A stretch of 64,000 bases of DNA from Microthyrium microscopicum. Lineage: Eukaryota. The stretch spans positions 1,022,882-1,086,881 of the forward strand of contig MU004240.1 in assembly GCA_010405405.1 (NCBI GenBank), read 5' to 3'. The notes beneath the pieces were generated by a model that saw only the letters and a list, made by a program, of their open reading frames with translations, was not told the origin of the DNA and ran no database searches. Made by a program: the position numbers and the translations under genes. Shown here piece after piece: positions 46,962 to 59,727 of this stretch. How positions within the stretch are numbered: position 1 is the stretch's first letter; the number at the start of each line of letters is the position of its first letter.

Positions 46962-47809
46962 TGGTGTCTCTGTTGATGAGGGGTTCCAGGTTTGGGAATT
47001 CGAAGTAGAATCAGTGGCAATGGCAGCCTGAGAGTAGTTGATATTGGCGGAAGAGAATGGGCGCAAACAAGGGTTTAGTTGCTCGGCCAAGGGGAGAGAA
47101 TGCAAACGAATACTAGAGCAAGTACTGGTAGTAGAGGTTAGAGAGGCAGATTTCGGCGATATTCCCCGCAATCGCCATGTTGAGCTTCTGCTGGATCTCG
47201 CTGCCCCAAATCGCGCCTTCCACATGTCGCCTTTGACTAACAAGAGTCAGTCCGAGTTCTGCAACAATTGGGTGTTGACTTTGAACCGAAGAGTCAGACT
47301 GGTATTTACTGTAACCGGATATAAAGATTGAAGAGTCAAAGCAGATTTTTAGTATTTTGTGAGTCAAAGTCGGTAAACTGGTCAGCCCGGGGTCCAAGAG
47401 GAAGACTTGGTTGATGGTAACCAAGAAAACAGCAGCGCATCCATTGTTTTAGATTTTCACAGTGGCGCTGGAAAGGTGAAGGAGGTTGAAGCCACCTTTA
47501 GAACCATATCCCAGTTAGGAAATATTGAGATGGCGATGAGATGGATCCCGGTGCCAATTGCTGTGGTGTAGCATTAACTTTGGCAGCTATGGTACGAATA
47601 ATGACGCGTCGGTAGCGACTACCGCGTTTCTTGAGGAGGGAAAGAGCCGAGCAGTCATCACTCTTGCATCTAATCCATCTTTTTCTAGCCCCCCTGTCGA
47701 TTTAGCTCCTTTGCTCAGCCCCACTATTTTCCATTTGATCCCACACACTTGACATGTTCAAAAGAGCCGCCGCCGCTCCACCATCTTGATAATCAACTTC
47801 ACAAACAAA

Positions 47810-49022
47810 ATGCGTCCCGTACTATTATCGGGTCACGTATGTCTATTCTCCCTCTACCTGGTATACTCTTCTTGCTAACAATTTGATAGGAGCGTGCCCT
47901 TACCCAAGTCAAGTTCGCGACCCCTCCATCTTACTACGAGCCACAATTAACCATGCGCTAGATATTCCAGCGATGGCGATCTTATATTCACTGTCGCAAA
48001 GGATCAGATACCTTCTGTCTGGTTCAGCGCCAACGGTGAACGTCTAGGCTCCTACTCCGGTCATGTCGGTGCCGTCTGGACCGTCGATGTCAATCCCGAC
48101 ACCACCCTCCTCGCTACCGGCGCCGCAGACAATACCATGAGATTGTGGAATGTGAAGACTGGTAAACTCTTAAAGACATGGGAATTCGAATCATCTATCA
48201 AACGAGTCGAGTTTTCACCTGATGGCCGACAACTACTTGGTGTCACCGAGCGACGACAGAACGTTCTCCCCTCGATTATGGTATTCGATATCATCCCAGA
48301 TGTTGACGCAGAGCAATCATCCGAGCATGCGTTACGGATAATCTGTGACGAGAGCAAGGCGACTGTCGCAGGATTCAGCTACAATGCCAAATACATCATC
48401 GCTGGACACGAGGACGGCACTGTCACTCAGTACGATGGCAAGGTAGGAAGCATCCCGAGAAATATGCAATAATGATTCTAATTTCTGTAGACTGGAGAAT
48501 ATATCGACAACATACAGGCACACGAGGAAGAAATGCAAGTTACAGATCTTCAATGGTCCCCAGACCGGACTTACTTCATAACTTCTTCAAAAGACAAGTC
48601 TGCAAAGGTAAGGAGTGTTCCACAAATTTGCGACAGCATAATCTAACCAAGTCTAGCTCATAACCACGGACGATCTAGAAGTCCTCAAAACTTACGTCAC
48701 CGATACTCCCCTCAATAGCGCAGCCATATTTCCAGTCAAGGACTACGTGATTCTCGGTGGTGGTCAAGCAGCCATGGATGTCACAACCACAAGCGCCCGG
48801 CAAGGAAAATTCGAAGCGAGATTCTACCACAAGATCTTTGAGGACGAAATTGGCAGAGTAAGAGGTCATTTCGGTCCTCTCAACTACGTTGCCGTGGATC
48901 CTACTGGAAAAAGTTATGCATCTGGGGGTGAAGATGGTTATGTTCGCCTGCATCATTTCGATAGAACATTCTTTGACTTTATGTACGAGGTTGAGCGGGA
49001 AGCGGCTACTGGAAGACTCTAG
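47810..49022 (+). CDS. TIF34: Eukaryotic translation initiation factor 3 subunit I (WD40)
   Basis: [26 protein letters not shown].., [52 protein letters not shown]; four introns. Confidence 0.97.
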
Positions 49023-49971
49023 TATTATGCATTGCTACGAAGCTTCAGCCATGAAGACTTGATGCCTTTCGAGGGGCTGTGAACAAGCTTGGCTTGTTGA
49101 AAAAATATACCCTTTACCAACTTCAGTCCTAATCTTGAATCTTCTGCTTGAGGAGAACCACTTGTGTGAGCAAATACTGAACCATGTTTTAGTAAAACAC
49201 TGTTACTGATCAGTAGTCGGTGACTTGCAGTTTGCCAAACTGTAATGCTCGCAGTGACTTGAGACATCTGATATCGACTACAGATCAACTATAGGCCCTG
49301 ACCACCCATACTTGATCCTTCCGAAGCTTCCGTTATGGCAAGGGCTTTTATTCTAGTCATATTTGGAATGCTAACTTCTATAGGAATCGTTTCCAAGCGA
49401 CCAGGTTTGAAGATGAGAGTAATTATATTACTCGTGTCCTCTGGTAGCTGTCAGTCATACAATGGGCATGCTTTCTTGTCGATTTTATTAGTACTTCTCG
49501 ACGTTGTTTACAGTTCTCTTATCATGTTCGTTTTCTTTCTTTAGATGTCCAAAATTACGACTGGTACATTTTGATGGTCCACGAACTTTTGAGCCATGAA
49601 GAGAAAACTCGTAAACTGGTGATGGTCTTTCTATATTTGCCACGGCATCTCTTCTTTTTGTAGCGATGCTTGGAGCTCGTCTATTTGACTTCTTCCTTAA
49701 GCACGACAAAGGCTTGGAAAGGATATAAAACAAGCTTTACAAATTGTAGCAGTACGAGCGACTAGCCTGTCCTCTTAATAAGTAGTATGAGATTTAATCT
49801 ATAAGTCTAACATATCCCAATGCCCTTGATTGGCTTAATCGGGCCTTATCATATCTTAAATATGGCTGTACCCGGCGCGCGGGTCTGTTCAGGGAAATCT
49901 GAGACTGTTGAAGATTTGCAAGTGTCCGATCTATATTTGCTGTTGGTTTGATCAACCAGATCTCTGGTGCG

Positions 49972-51632
49972 ATGTATGCATTGTCTCTGCTCCTCCTGGG
50001 AGTGAGTGGTGGTTTCTTCCTCCCAGCAGTCCTGGCCGATACATGTAGTTCTCTGCAAGACAAACATCCGACAATATCTCTTGCAAAATCCACTGCGAAG
50101 GCCTACCAGGACTCGCAGACTGTCTACTGGAACATTGGATGTGGAACTGATCTCAAGCCTACATGTATACTCTACCCTAAGACGGTGGAGGAAGTAAGCC
50201 ATATTGTGAAGCTTTTGAATCAGAACAATGAGACGTTTGCCGTCAAGAGCGGTGGCCACTCGCCTAACAAGCGCTTCGCCAGGTATAGCAGTTGTCTTCT
50301 TTATATCGATATACACTCACACTAACGTACCTCACAGTATTGATGGCGGCCCACTCATCGCTCTCCAGGAGATGACACAACTGAATTACGACAATGCCAC
50401 GCAAACCATCGCCGTCGGTCCAGGAAATCGCTGGCAACATGTCGTGCAAGCAACGGGCAAATACGGCCGCAGTGTCGTCTCCGGCCGCCTCGGTCACGTA
50501 GGCGTCCCAGGTCTTCTTCTAGGAGGTATCTATGCCCCCTTCCACATCTCTATGCCTACAGTACTCATATCTCCTTTACAGGCGGACTAAGTTTCCTAAG
50601 CGCCGAAAGAGGCTGGGCCTCAACCCACGTCGTCGAATACCAACTCGTCCTCCCCAACGGCACCATAACCACCGCCTCCCGCACCCACAACCCCGACCTG
50701 CACCGCGCGCTCCAAAGCGGCGGCGGCCAATTCGGCATCGTCACGCGCTTTACGCTCAATACCTTTGAGCAGGGACCTGTCTGGGGCGGCGTGCGTTTCT
50801 ATAATGGCGACAAGACTCCGCAATTACTCGCTGCTGTGCGCGACTTTACAGAGTACTATCCCGATCCACGTGCAGGCTTGATTCTGACGGCGGAGACAAC
50901 GTTGTATGGATATGCGGATTTATGGGTAATGTTTTATTTTTGGAACGGCGCGAGTCCACCGGCGCATGTCTTTGAGAATTTTACGAAATTGCCGCCAATG
51001 ATTGATACGGTGAAGACGCAGAGTTATACGGATCTGGTATATGCGAACAATGCGTTTGTGTTGAATGGGTCGTATTATTCGATTGCGACGGAGACGCTGC
51101 CGTTGCCGGATGCGAAGAATGGGGTCGAGGTTATGACAGCTGTGCATAATCACTGGAAGAATACGAGCGCGCAAGTGTCGGATAAGATCTTTGGCAGTGT
51201 GGCGTCAGTTGCGTATCAGCCGATGCCGAAGTTGATCAGCCAGCAGACGAAGAAGTATGGTGGGAACGTGATGGACATGGGTGAGGATGGGCATCGGATT
51301 ATACTGGAGTATGATTATAGCTATATTAATGGGTTTGCGGAGAATGAACGGATTGGCGATAAGGCGAATCGGGAGCTGTATTCTGGTGTACGGTCGATTA
51401 TTCAGAAGTTTATGAATGATGGAAAGGTAAGAAGCATTTGAACTGATCGGAAGTGGTTAGCTAACGATGGGAACAGTTGCCAAATATATCGACGCCGCTG
51501 TTCATGAATGATGCATATCATGCGCAGGATTTTTGGGGTCGGTTCAAGGAAAGGGACTTTATGAAATCAGTCAAAGCAAAGATTGATCCAGGTGACTTCT
51601 TCGGTAAAAGAACACATGGCTGGAAGCTGTAA
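49972..51632 (+). CDS. Secreted FAD-binding oxidoreductase (VAO/BBE-like, FAD_binding_4)
   Basis: Signal peptide, P.CILYP..EEVS, FAVKSGGHSPN (flavinylated-His motif), VGVPGLLLG|GGLSF, GQFGIVTRF, C-terminal FMNDA..DP..FF. Introns 50283-50337, 50526-50581, 51427-51476. Confidence 0.9.
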
Positions 51633-51806
51633 TCATGAGTTAGAATATAGATTAGAAAGGAGAAGTTTCATACAAGCAGAGCTCGTGGATATCTAAGGGG
51701 TATAATGTTATAATACAGTGGTCTGCCAGTTCCAACACATGGCTAGCTAAATGCGTGACAATCTTAACATCCTATACATACAGATGGCATACCAGCTAGA
51801 CCATGA

Positions 51807-53993
51807 TCATTCAACAAGCTCTGGTGGTTGTTTGTCGAGCATTTTGAGAGTATAGTCTGTGATCTCGTAGCCAGCATTGATTTTTCGGGTCAAATACCAC
51901 ATTGCCCGGTCTTTGTTGCCAGCCTCTAAGAATGCTCCGATAAGGGTATCGCAAGGTGTGGTATAGTCGTTTGGAAATCGCTTCCACACCTCGTTCAGTA
52001 GCTTCTCTGCAGCCTGAAGTTGATTTCGGGTCGTCAGGGCTCGTACCATCAATCGCCAGGTATTCGCATCTGGTCCGGCTCGAATGATACCGCTACTTCG
52101 TCGTTCAGTCTCCGTCCACGACCGTGGCAGGTTCGCGTGTGGGTTATGGTTCTTGATCAACTCCGTCAGAAGGTCCATACATTCATTGAGGTAAGATGTG
52201 GGCTGTAACATCAATCCCTCAATTAAGACATTGTAAACCTCAGGTCCAGTAGTCATGATTCGAACAGCTTCATTATCGGTATGTAACAATTCCCGGAATC
52301 GAGTGAGTGTCTTGATAACAACATCTTCAGCAAACTTGTGGTCGTAAAAATGCCCCATCAACATGTATGAGAGGGTGATGCTGTTTCCGTGAGGCTTAGC
52401 CGGAGAACGATCCACAGAACATGGCAAACCAAGCAGTTCCAAAGCATCTGAACGAAACCATCGTTGGTATTCGATCAGTTTTGATTTGTACGATGGCATT
52501 TCCTCAAAAGCCTGCATGCCATAAAAAATATTGCTGAGATTGTATTCAACTCGTGCCTGGTCGAATTCATTTTCGGCAACGCTTCTAAGGTCATTAGAGT
52601 TGAACCTTAGCTTCTTCATAGCCATAAAAGCATCAGTGAAAACAGGTGGCCGATATTGACGGTTATCCAGGATAGATATCAAATGATGTAGTCCATCGTA
52701 GCTCCTGAAATGGACCAGAAATTGTATCAGCCGTCGAACAAGACCTTCATGTGGAGGTTTGAATGACATTATCGTATCTGCAACAATTCGAAGGTGGTCG
52801 TTCTCGCCCCTAGGCCATGGGGTCTTTTCAACTTCATTGAGGATTACGCATACTGTATTGTAGAGCTCTACCGATTGCGACACCAGTGGCCACTCGTAGG
52901 CAACTTTTTCAACAAGACGGAATGCTTCTGTGAACAAACCGCCAACAGCTAATTCCTGCGCAATAATGAGGTCTGCTTCCCAGTGGCGAAAAGTTGGCGG
53001 AAGAAATTGCAAAGCTTTCTCAAACTGAGCTTGTAGGTCCGGCGGGCATTTGTTCCTTAGAATGTAATGGGGGAGCAAATAGAGCAGCTCGGTCTTCCAT
53101 TTCTCCGAATGCGTTGAGAAAAGGTTGATTAATAGTGTATAGAAATCGCCATGAATGGTTGCAGTGCCCAGGCCTTGATGAAGAAAATGATAGTACAATC
53201 CCACAACTGTCCCATGAGAATCTAGATATGGCGATGTCCCCGATTTGCCCACATCGTCGTGTTCAGGGGGAAAAAGATCTGGTAGAAGTCTGGCCAGAAT
53301 GTTCGATACGCGCTCGTTCTGAAGCATAGCCCATTTTTGCTTTCTCAGCAATCTTAAACATCGTCGATGTATCATGAGTTTCAATAGCCCCGGACTGCTG
53401 AAGGTTGGCAGATTGTTCAGCTCATGCCTTAGCGCTGCTTCATTGCTGGTTTGCAATAACTCGTCCACAGTGGCATGCCAGTTATAAACACGCTGAGAAA
53501 ACTGATCTGGATTGAGATTGTCAAAACCGTCTAGCCATCGATAGCGCGATACCAACAAGAAGGACCCCAGGGTATATACGCGTTTCGAATGCGCCAGTCT
53601 GTCATGTGGAAGTAGCAAATCAAAGGTTCCACCAACAGCGCTTCCTTGGTAGGCACTGGTTAATACATTTGCGATGGGGTCACCCCATTGTGTTTTCGAG
53701 TGGAGCCTTGTGATGTCAGGGAATATCGGTAATTGGTCGTGATGCAGTACGCTGGGCCTAAAGCCATCGCTCTTGTCTGGCCACAGACTTCTGGAAGGAC
53801 GAGATGCCACCAAAGATTTTGCGCGAGTGAGTTCATCTATGAAGGCAACGGGGTTTTTATCATCGGGGCCAGTCCCGGATTGAAAGTCGCGTCTTCGTCT
53901 GAGAAGAACGGGTTGTGAGCTGAAGCATCGAGGCGCAAAAGGTTGATGAAGTAGACATCTATAGGAGGTTTGCTGGGGCGCAAAACGACGCAT
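51807..53993 (-). CDS. Mitochondrial pentatricopeptide-repeat (PPR)-like protein
   Basis: Arg-rich presequence ending RCFSSQP. PPR-like units near the C-terminus: NSITLSYMLMGH, EVYNVLIEGL, PDANTWRLMVRAL, CDTLIGAF. Intronless, 728 aa. Confidence 0.75.
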   Translation of the reverse strand: MRRFAPQQTSYRCLLHQPFAPRCFSSQPVLLRRRRDFQSGTGPDDKNPVAFIDELTRAKSLVASRPSRSLWPDKSDGFRPSVLHHDQLPIFPDITRLHSKTQWGDPIANVLTSAYQGSAVGGTFDLLLPHDRLAHSKRVYTLGSFLLVSRYRWLDGFDNLNPDQFSQRVYNWHATVDELLQTSNEAALRHELNNLPTFSSPGLLKLMIHRRCLRLLRKQKWAMLQNERVSNILARLLPDLFPPEHDDVGKSGTSPYLDSHGTVVGLYYHFLHQGLGTATIHGDFYTLLINLFSTHSEKWKTELLYLLPHYILRNKCPPDLQAQFEKALQFLPPTFRHWEADLIIAQELAVGGLFTEAFRLVEKVAYEWPLVSQSVELYNTVCVILNEVEKTPWPRGENDHLRIVADTIMSFKPPHEGLVRRLIQFLVHFRSYDGLHHLISILDNRQYRPPVFTDAFMAMKKLRFNSNDLRSVAENEFDQARVEYNLSNIFYGMQAFEEMPSYKSKLIEYQRWFRSDALELLGLPCSVDRSPAKPHGNSITLSYMLMGHFYDHKFAEDVVIKTLTRFRELLHTDNEAVRIMTTGPEVYNVLIEGLMLQPTSYLNECMDLLTELIKNHNPHANLPRSWTETERRSSGIIRAGPDANTWRLMVRALTTRNQLQAAEKLLNEVWKRFPNDYTTPCDTLIGAFLEAGNKDRAMWYLTRKINAGYEITDYTLKMLDKQPPELVE

Positions 53994-54361
53994 GAAAGAT
54001 TTAAGGAGAGGAGGACCACGGTGGCCACATGGCGATGTGAATAGAGGGAATATAAAGCGGCGGATATAGGGGTAGAAGCTGATATAGGAGTTTATTTGTT
54101 TGATTCAAGATATGTGAAGAGGAGAGGGAAAATGTCAAATAGGGAAGGAAGCAATGAAAAAAGTTGAATGCAATCTCCAGAACAGGCACGCGGACCTAAC
54201 GTTATAGGCACGCTAGTCTTAACTCCATCTACCTTTTAGGCCTTTCACGTTGTGACCTCGCGACAGAAAAATATCTTGCTGCCTTTTACTACTACTACCT
54301 GCTAACAATTCCGCCATTCTGAACCTGCTCTCCTGCTCTACCTAGACGATCTATCAGACAG

Positions 54362-54982
54362 ATGTCTTCCTCACAAACAACTCTCGCTTCGGCGGCCCAA
54401 GACCGAAAAGCAAGACTTGCCCAGTTGCGCTCCCTCAAACGGAAACAGCCTGAGCCCAGCGACGACGAACCTTCACAGACTCTCCCATCCGAAGAGCCCA
54501 CCTCGAAAGACACCGCCGAAACAGATGTCGAGGACGTTAAATTAAAATATCTTTCTGGACGCAACTACGACCATTCCACCGGTGGAGCCAAGCTTGGGTT
54601 TGAACACGCCCCTAATGAGAATCAAGACACGGTCGAAAAGCAAGCTGAACTCTTAGCTGAGCGCATACGGCAAGAAGCAAAAGAAGAAGACAAGAAGGAT
54701 GAACCTCTGGATTTATTCAAGCTCCAGCCAAAAAAGCCCAACTGGGATCTCAAACGTGATCTCAAGCAGCGAATGCAGGTGTTGGATGTTCGAACAGACA
54801 ATGCGATCGCAAGACTGGTGAGAGAACGGATAGAGGCACAAAACAAGAAGGCTGGTACTTCAGACGGAGCTGGACTGGAAGGTCCAGATTTGGTCGAAGC
54901 AGTACATGTCAAAGAGCGCGAAGAAGAAGAAGAAGCTCAGCGGGAAAGAGAATACGAGCAAGAGATGGAAAATGGGGATTGA
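54362..54982 (+). CDS. CWF18: Spliceosome-associated Cwf18/CCDC12
   Basis: RKARLAQLRSLKRK, LSGRNYD, LDLFKLQPKKPNWDLKRDL, TDNAIARLVRERI. Confidence 0.92.
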   Translation: MSSSQTTLASAAQDRKARLAQLRSLKRKQPEPSDDEPSQTLPSEEPTSKDTAETDVEDVKLKYLSGRNYDHSTGGAKLGFEHAPNENQDTVEKQAELLAERIRQEAKEEDKKDEPLDLFKLQPKKPNWDLKRDLKQRMQVLDVRTDNAIARLVRERIEAQNKKAGTSDGAGLEGPDLVEAVHVKEREEEEEAQREREYEQEMENGD

Positions 54983-55664
54983 TCTGTCTTCTGATAGCCA
55001 GGGAAAGTCTCCACTGGCAAAAAGCGTCTGTCTACAACGCGCAATGACTTCTCCATATCATGAACGCAATTGAGACCTAAAGATTGAGCTAGCTGACGAG
55101 CAAGCACTTGCTCATGCCACGGTGCTTTGGCATCCCTGATGCCTCGTGGTATGCGAATGATACGCAAACTGGCTTCCACTTCCGAGTTTGACAAACTGAT
55201 GTCCTCGGTACTAGTGATGACAAATTCATCAAAGAGGTTCAATGGCCTCAAGAGATTATCTTGACAACTCCTAGCTGTCCTGAAAGATTCATGTCAATCA
55301 TATGTAATGATGCCGAGTGGCATATTAGATCCAATTGAATCACAGGATTTGAGCCTCATAACTTCTTCACAATCTTAGATATACTCCCTCATTAGAGTGC
55401 CTACAAAACTAAGGATGTTTGCGTCTTTTCCAAACATTTCGCCCCGTTTCTATAAATGTTGACTCGAGCTTTAAAACCCGCAACTCCAAACGCTAAGAAA
55501 AAACTGACCGACCTCGTCCTCCCCCATCCAAATCCCTCCAACTACACCTCACCAATCTCAAAAATGAAGCACCCTTAGCCGCAAACTCTAATTCCCTCCC
55601 GAGACTCTCAACATCTCCAGCTACACAAAAACCCAACAAGCAAACATTCCAGAAACAAACCTCC

Positions 55665-56951
55665 ATGGCTGCCCCACCGCCCCACCTTCTAACGATCGCC
55701 CCGCTGGCCACATTTTCACCGGCCGGTACATCACGCGCCTGGTGCTCAGTCCCACACCCGTCCGCGCCCCTCCTCGCAACCGCCTCGTCCGACAAGTCCG
55801 CCCGTATCTACTCCCTAACCGACTACCGGCTGCACAGCATCGCCAGCGGCGGCCACAAGCGCAGTGTGCGCGCCGCTGCCTGGAAACCCGGTGTCAAGGG
55901 CGAAAGTGTGTTGGCGACTGGTAGCTTTGATGCTAGCGTTGGTGTATGGCGGCGCTGGGATGATGGGGAGATACAGGTGCACAAAGACCCAAGGGACGAA
56001 GATGAAGATGAAGACGAGGGAGTGGGGGAGGAGGAAGATGGGTGGCGGTTCAGTGTGATACTAGATGGACATGAGAGCGAGGTCAAGGGCGTGGCGTTCA
56101 ATGCGGGTGGACAGTATTTGGCGACTTGTAGTCGTGATAAGACGGTGTGGGTTTGGGAGGAGATTGAGGAGGATAATTGGGAGACTGTGGCGGTGTTGCA
56201 GGAACATGAGGCGGATATCAAGTGTGTGGTTTGGCATCCGCAGGAAGATCTACTGGCGAGTGGGAGTTATGATGATACGATCCGTTTGTATCGTGAGGAT
56301 TTGGACGATTGGGCGTGTATTGCGGTGCTCATGGGTCATGAATCTACGGTTTGGGGATTGGCGTTTGAGCCTATAGGGAATAAGAGCTGGGCTGGGAAGG
56401 GAGCTTTGTCAAGTGAACAGCAAGCATTCTTTGATGAGAGGGAGAAGAGTGGCCCAAGACTTATCAGCTGCTCTGATGACACTACGATCCGCGTATGGCA
56501 ACGGAAGCCAAAGGAACATGTTGAGGTACCGACTGGACAGGGCCGGATGCCTAGCATTTTGAGAACACACAACATCGAGGAAGACTGGTTTGAAGCTACT
56601 CGGCTTCCTCAGGCGCATTCACGTGCTGTCTATGCTGTTGGATGGAGTCCCATCACCGGGCGAGTAGTCAGCGCGGGTAGCGACGGCAAAATCACTGTTT
56701 ATGAAGAGCAATGGATTACCGAACCTCATTTGGATCACAGTGGTACAAGTGCAAGTACAACTGATCCAAATGCTCCTAGAACCGAGTGGGTCGTCGTAGC
56801 AGAACTGGACGGTGGCCATGGAGTGTTTGAAATCAATGATGTTTGCTGGACCAAACGGCGAGACAAGGATCGTAAAAATAACGACGAGGAAATCATAATC
56901 ACGACAGGAGATGATGGGGAAGTCAAGGCGTGGACAATGAACGAGAAATAG
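55665..56951 (+). CDS. CIA1: Cytosolic Fe-S assembly WD40 protein Cia1
   Basis: GGHKRSVR..AW, LATGSFD, LDGHESEVKGVAF..LATCSRDKTVWVWE, LQEHEADIKCVVWHP, GHGVFEINDVCW. Confidence 0.95.
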   Translation: MAAPPPHLLTIAPLATFSPAGTSRAWCSVPHPSAPLLATASSDKSARIYSLTDYRLHSIASGGHKRSVRAAAWKPGVKGESVLATGSFDASVGVWRRWDDGEIQVHKDPRDEDEDEDEGVGEEEDGWRFSVILDGHESEVKGVAFNAGGQYLATCSRDKTVWVWEEIEEDNWETVAVLQEHEADIKCVVWHPQEDLLASGSYDDTIRLYREDLDDWACIAVLMGHESTVWGLAFEPIGNKSWAGKGALSSEQQAFFDEREKSGPRLISCSDDTTIRVWQRKPKEHVEVPTGQGRMPSILRTHNIEEDWFEATRLPQAHSRAVYAVGWSPITGRVVSAGSDGKITVYEEQWITEPHLDHSGTSASTTDPNAPRTEWVVVAELDGGHGVFEINDVCWTKRRDKDRKNNDEEIIITTGDDGEVKAWTMNEK

Positions 56952-57486
56952 CACATATGATACCCACAATGATATTAGACTTCTCTATTGAACTGCACTG
57001 ATTCGGACGCGTGGAATCTTAGTATTCGGAATTTGAGTTACACATGCCAGAAAATGCTCCCATAGTTCCAGTCTATCTAATTGCCAGGATTGAAACATTT
57101 TTAAAAACATTTTGATTACAACCCCTGACGCCTTGCTGTGCTTGAAATGAATATAGACAGAAAGTTTTCAGCTTCTCCACAGCCGTCAAGATGTACACGA
57201 GCAAGAATGCTCCTGTGTGCTCCCATCTTACTAAAGTGCCGTGTCTTCCAACAAAAGCAGTACTTCTAGGTCCAGCCAGCTAAGAATCGGTAGCGGTCAG
57301 GCACGAAGTGACCCTTAAGGTACCATTGATACCATCGCCGATACTACGAGTACTCGGGGTGAGGAATCCAGCATTGAAAGGCGTTATCCTCAGTCAGCTG
57401 TTCCATCTGGACATTAGCACGACTGTGTCTACCGCCGTGGAGTGGGTCACGATACTTGGGTGCCTTTCGCTTGACGTGTTAGAGAC

Positions 57487-59727
57487 TCAAGTTGGTTTGA
57501 GTGTAGAGTAAAGTTCTTCCGTGCTCTTATCATTGCTGTCAATAACGATGTGAATGCGCTGATCTGGCGTAATATCTCCGTTGCAATCCAATGGCGTACC
57601 TGGCATGGAAACCGAGCCTTCACTCTCAGAGTCATCCAGATTTTCGTACGCCAAAGGTCCCCATATTCGCCAGTGAAGAATAAGCAAATGAGATAATTTG
57701 TTGGCGAGCTCGGTGTAGAGGTTTGGGGGGGAACCCATGCACTGATATACGACGGGCGCTGAGGTGCTGGTCGCAGGTAATATCGCCGTCGGCAATGGGG
57801 GTGGGGGCAACGAATTGGGCGAGGAATAAGGGACTAGAGCGTTGAAGATATCCCATAATGAGATTTGCATATATTTGTTGCCGGCAGCGAAGATTTGAGA
57901 GATTAAGGTGTGCCGAACCTGGAGTTGGACATCTTGGAATTCCTCGGAGTCGGGGAACAACCATTGCTCAAGCAGTTGCTGAGCCTCCTCCACAAGACGC
58001 ATGTCCACGTGTGCAGATGAATCTTCGCTTTCGCCCGACAATTGGCCAACCTGATGCGCTATTTCTACCGCGAGATTCGGTAAGGCTGAGGCAAGGCTGC
58101 AGCCATTCATAATTGCCTTCAGCCTTGCTTTGACAGCTTCCTCAGCGAGCCGTGGAAGTCGATAATTGTCAGGCGATTCTCCGTCTAAGCATTCTCGGAA
58201 GAGACGGAAGCAGATGGCCAAGTGGATTTCGCTGAGAATCTCACTCTGGATTGCATTGATTCGATTCAAGTCCAGGGAGAAGGTCGCGGGTAAGCGGACG
58301 CCGAGATCTTTCCCAGACAAAAGCTCGTCCACAAAGGTGATTACCAATGCCTGGAATGCGTTATTTGAATTTGCCTCGACTTTGCAGACTTCAACCTCGT
58401 ACGAGAACGAGACTTGCTGAAACCACTGGCGTGGTGGCTCTGGGTCGAACTTTGCCTTTTTGATTCGACCGATGTGATATCTCGTCTCGAAGTTTACTGT
58501 ATCCTCTATCAATAACGCTCGCAGGTGCCTTATTTGATGGTTCGCAACATCCAGTTTCATCGCTTCTAGAACAGCGAAAATCTCGCAAAGCCCAGCTGAG
58601 ACGCTCTTCGGGTCGCCCTTCCGCATGAGTGTTACCATGCCATCAATCATCACATCTCGCATTGGAGCGCAGTGAGTCTTGAGCAACTGTGCCAACCATT
58701 CCGCCTTGAGAACAAAGTTGAGCATAGTCCTCTCAATTTCCTGCATCATGATATCCACATCCAGGTTGTCGTGTACTTGAGACTGATCACGTTCTGGTAC
58801 GAGGGCGAGGAGGATCTCTTTGACGGCTTTAAACAGTTTTGGTAGCCTCCGCTGGCTTTTCTTAATAGCTCCGGATAGTGTCATCACCTCTGAAGCTTCT
58901 GTATCCAATCCTCGGAGAAGGATATTGTAGAGTTCGATCTCAGCTGTGATTGCAAGCCAATAGCTTCTCTGTGACTTGAACTTCCTTTTCGCATCATCTC
59001 CTTCTTGATTAGGGCGGAAATGTAGCTCTCGGTCGTAGTTGATATCATGTCTGAGCTTGCTGTATCTGATGTTAGTTTCTTTTTTTCTTGAGCTTTCAAT
59101 CAAGGTGTATAGGCATGACTGAATTGAATGCGCCAATCAGGATAAAGTACAAGATGAGTGAGATTGTAATCTTGGAGCGAGTCTGACAAGAAAATCCCGC
59201 TTCGGCCTTACCTATCCAGCCGATTGGATAGAAAAAGCGACAATGTAGTGGAAATGCGCAGTTTGTTCTCTGATCTCACCTGCGATCGGTCTGGGACAAA
59301 CGTACCTGTTGTTGACAATCGAGTTGATCTCTAGTTCACTCAACGACTGTTGGGTTATTGGAGGCTCCACATTGTCAGATGTGAAATGCTGGTACGCTTC
59401 TCGAAATTTGGGGTTGCCTCGACGTTCCAATAACTCAAAGAGATGTTGGCATAGTTCTCCATCGAAGGATGAGAAGTCCGGTTTTGTTCTTTTGGGTTGC
59501 CCCTTGCGTTGTCTTGGAGAAACACCCCTTGACCCTTTTACTGGTCTTCTGGGTTTGCGCTGCCCTGATAGAGACCTGGAAGCGGTGAATTGGGGCATGA
59601 AAATACCATTAGCACCTTCATATTCCAATTCACCCGGACATCTTGAATCCCTCGGCGCGGTAGGTTGGCGTCGGTTATTTTCATTGTAGGTACTAGCTTT
59701 GTCGCATTCCCACGCATCTCCTGCCAT
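57487..59727 (-). CDS. SOK1: SOK1 / T-complex 11 (Tcp11) domain protein; 5' end uncertain
   Basis: PPITQQSLSELEINSIVNNS|KLRHDINYDRELHFRPN via intron 59305-59060; LLKTHCAPMRD, VLEAMKLDVANHQIR, LHWRIWGPLAY. Confidence 0.92.

Noticed and set aside
7796..49022. Co-occurrence of eIF3L, eIF3i, RPS17 and AFG2 as a translation cluster
   Set aside because: Spread over more than 40 kb among unrelated genes; compatible with chance in a housekeeping-rich region.
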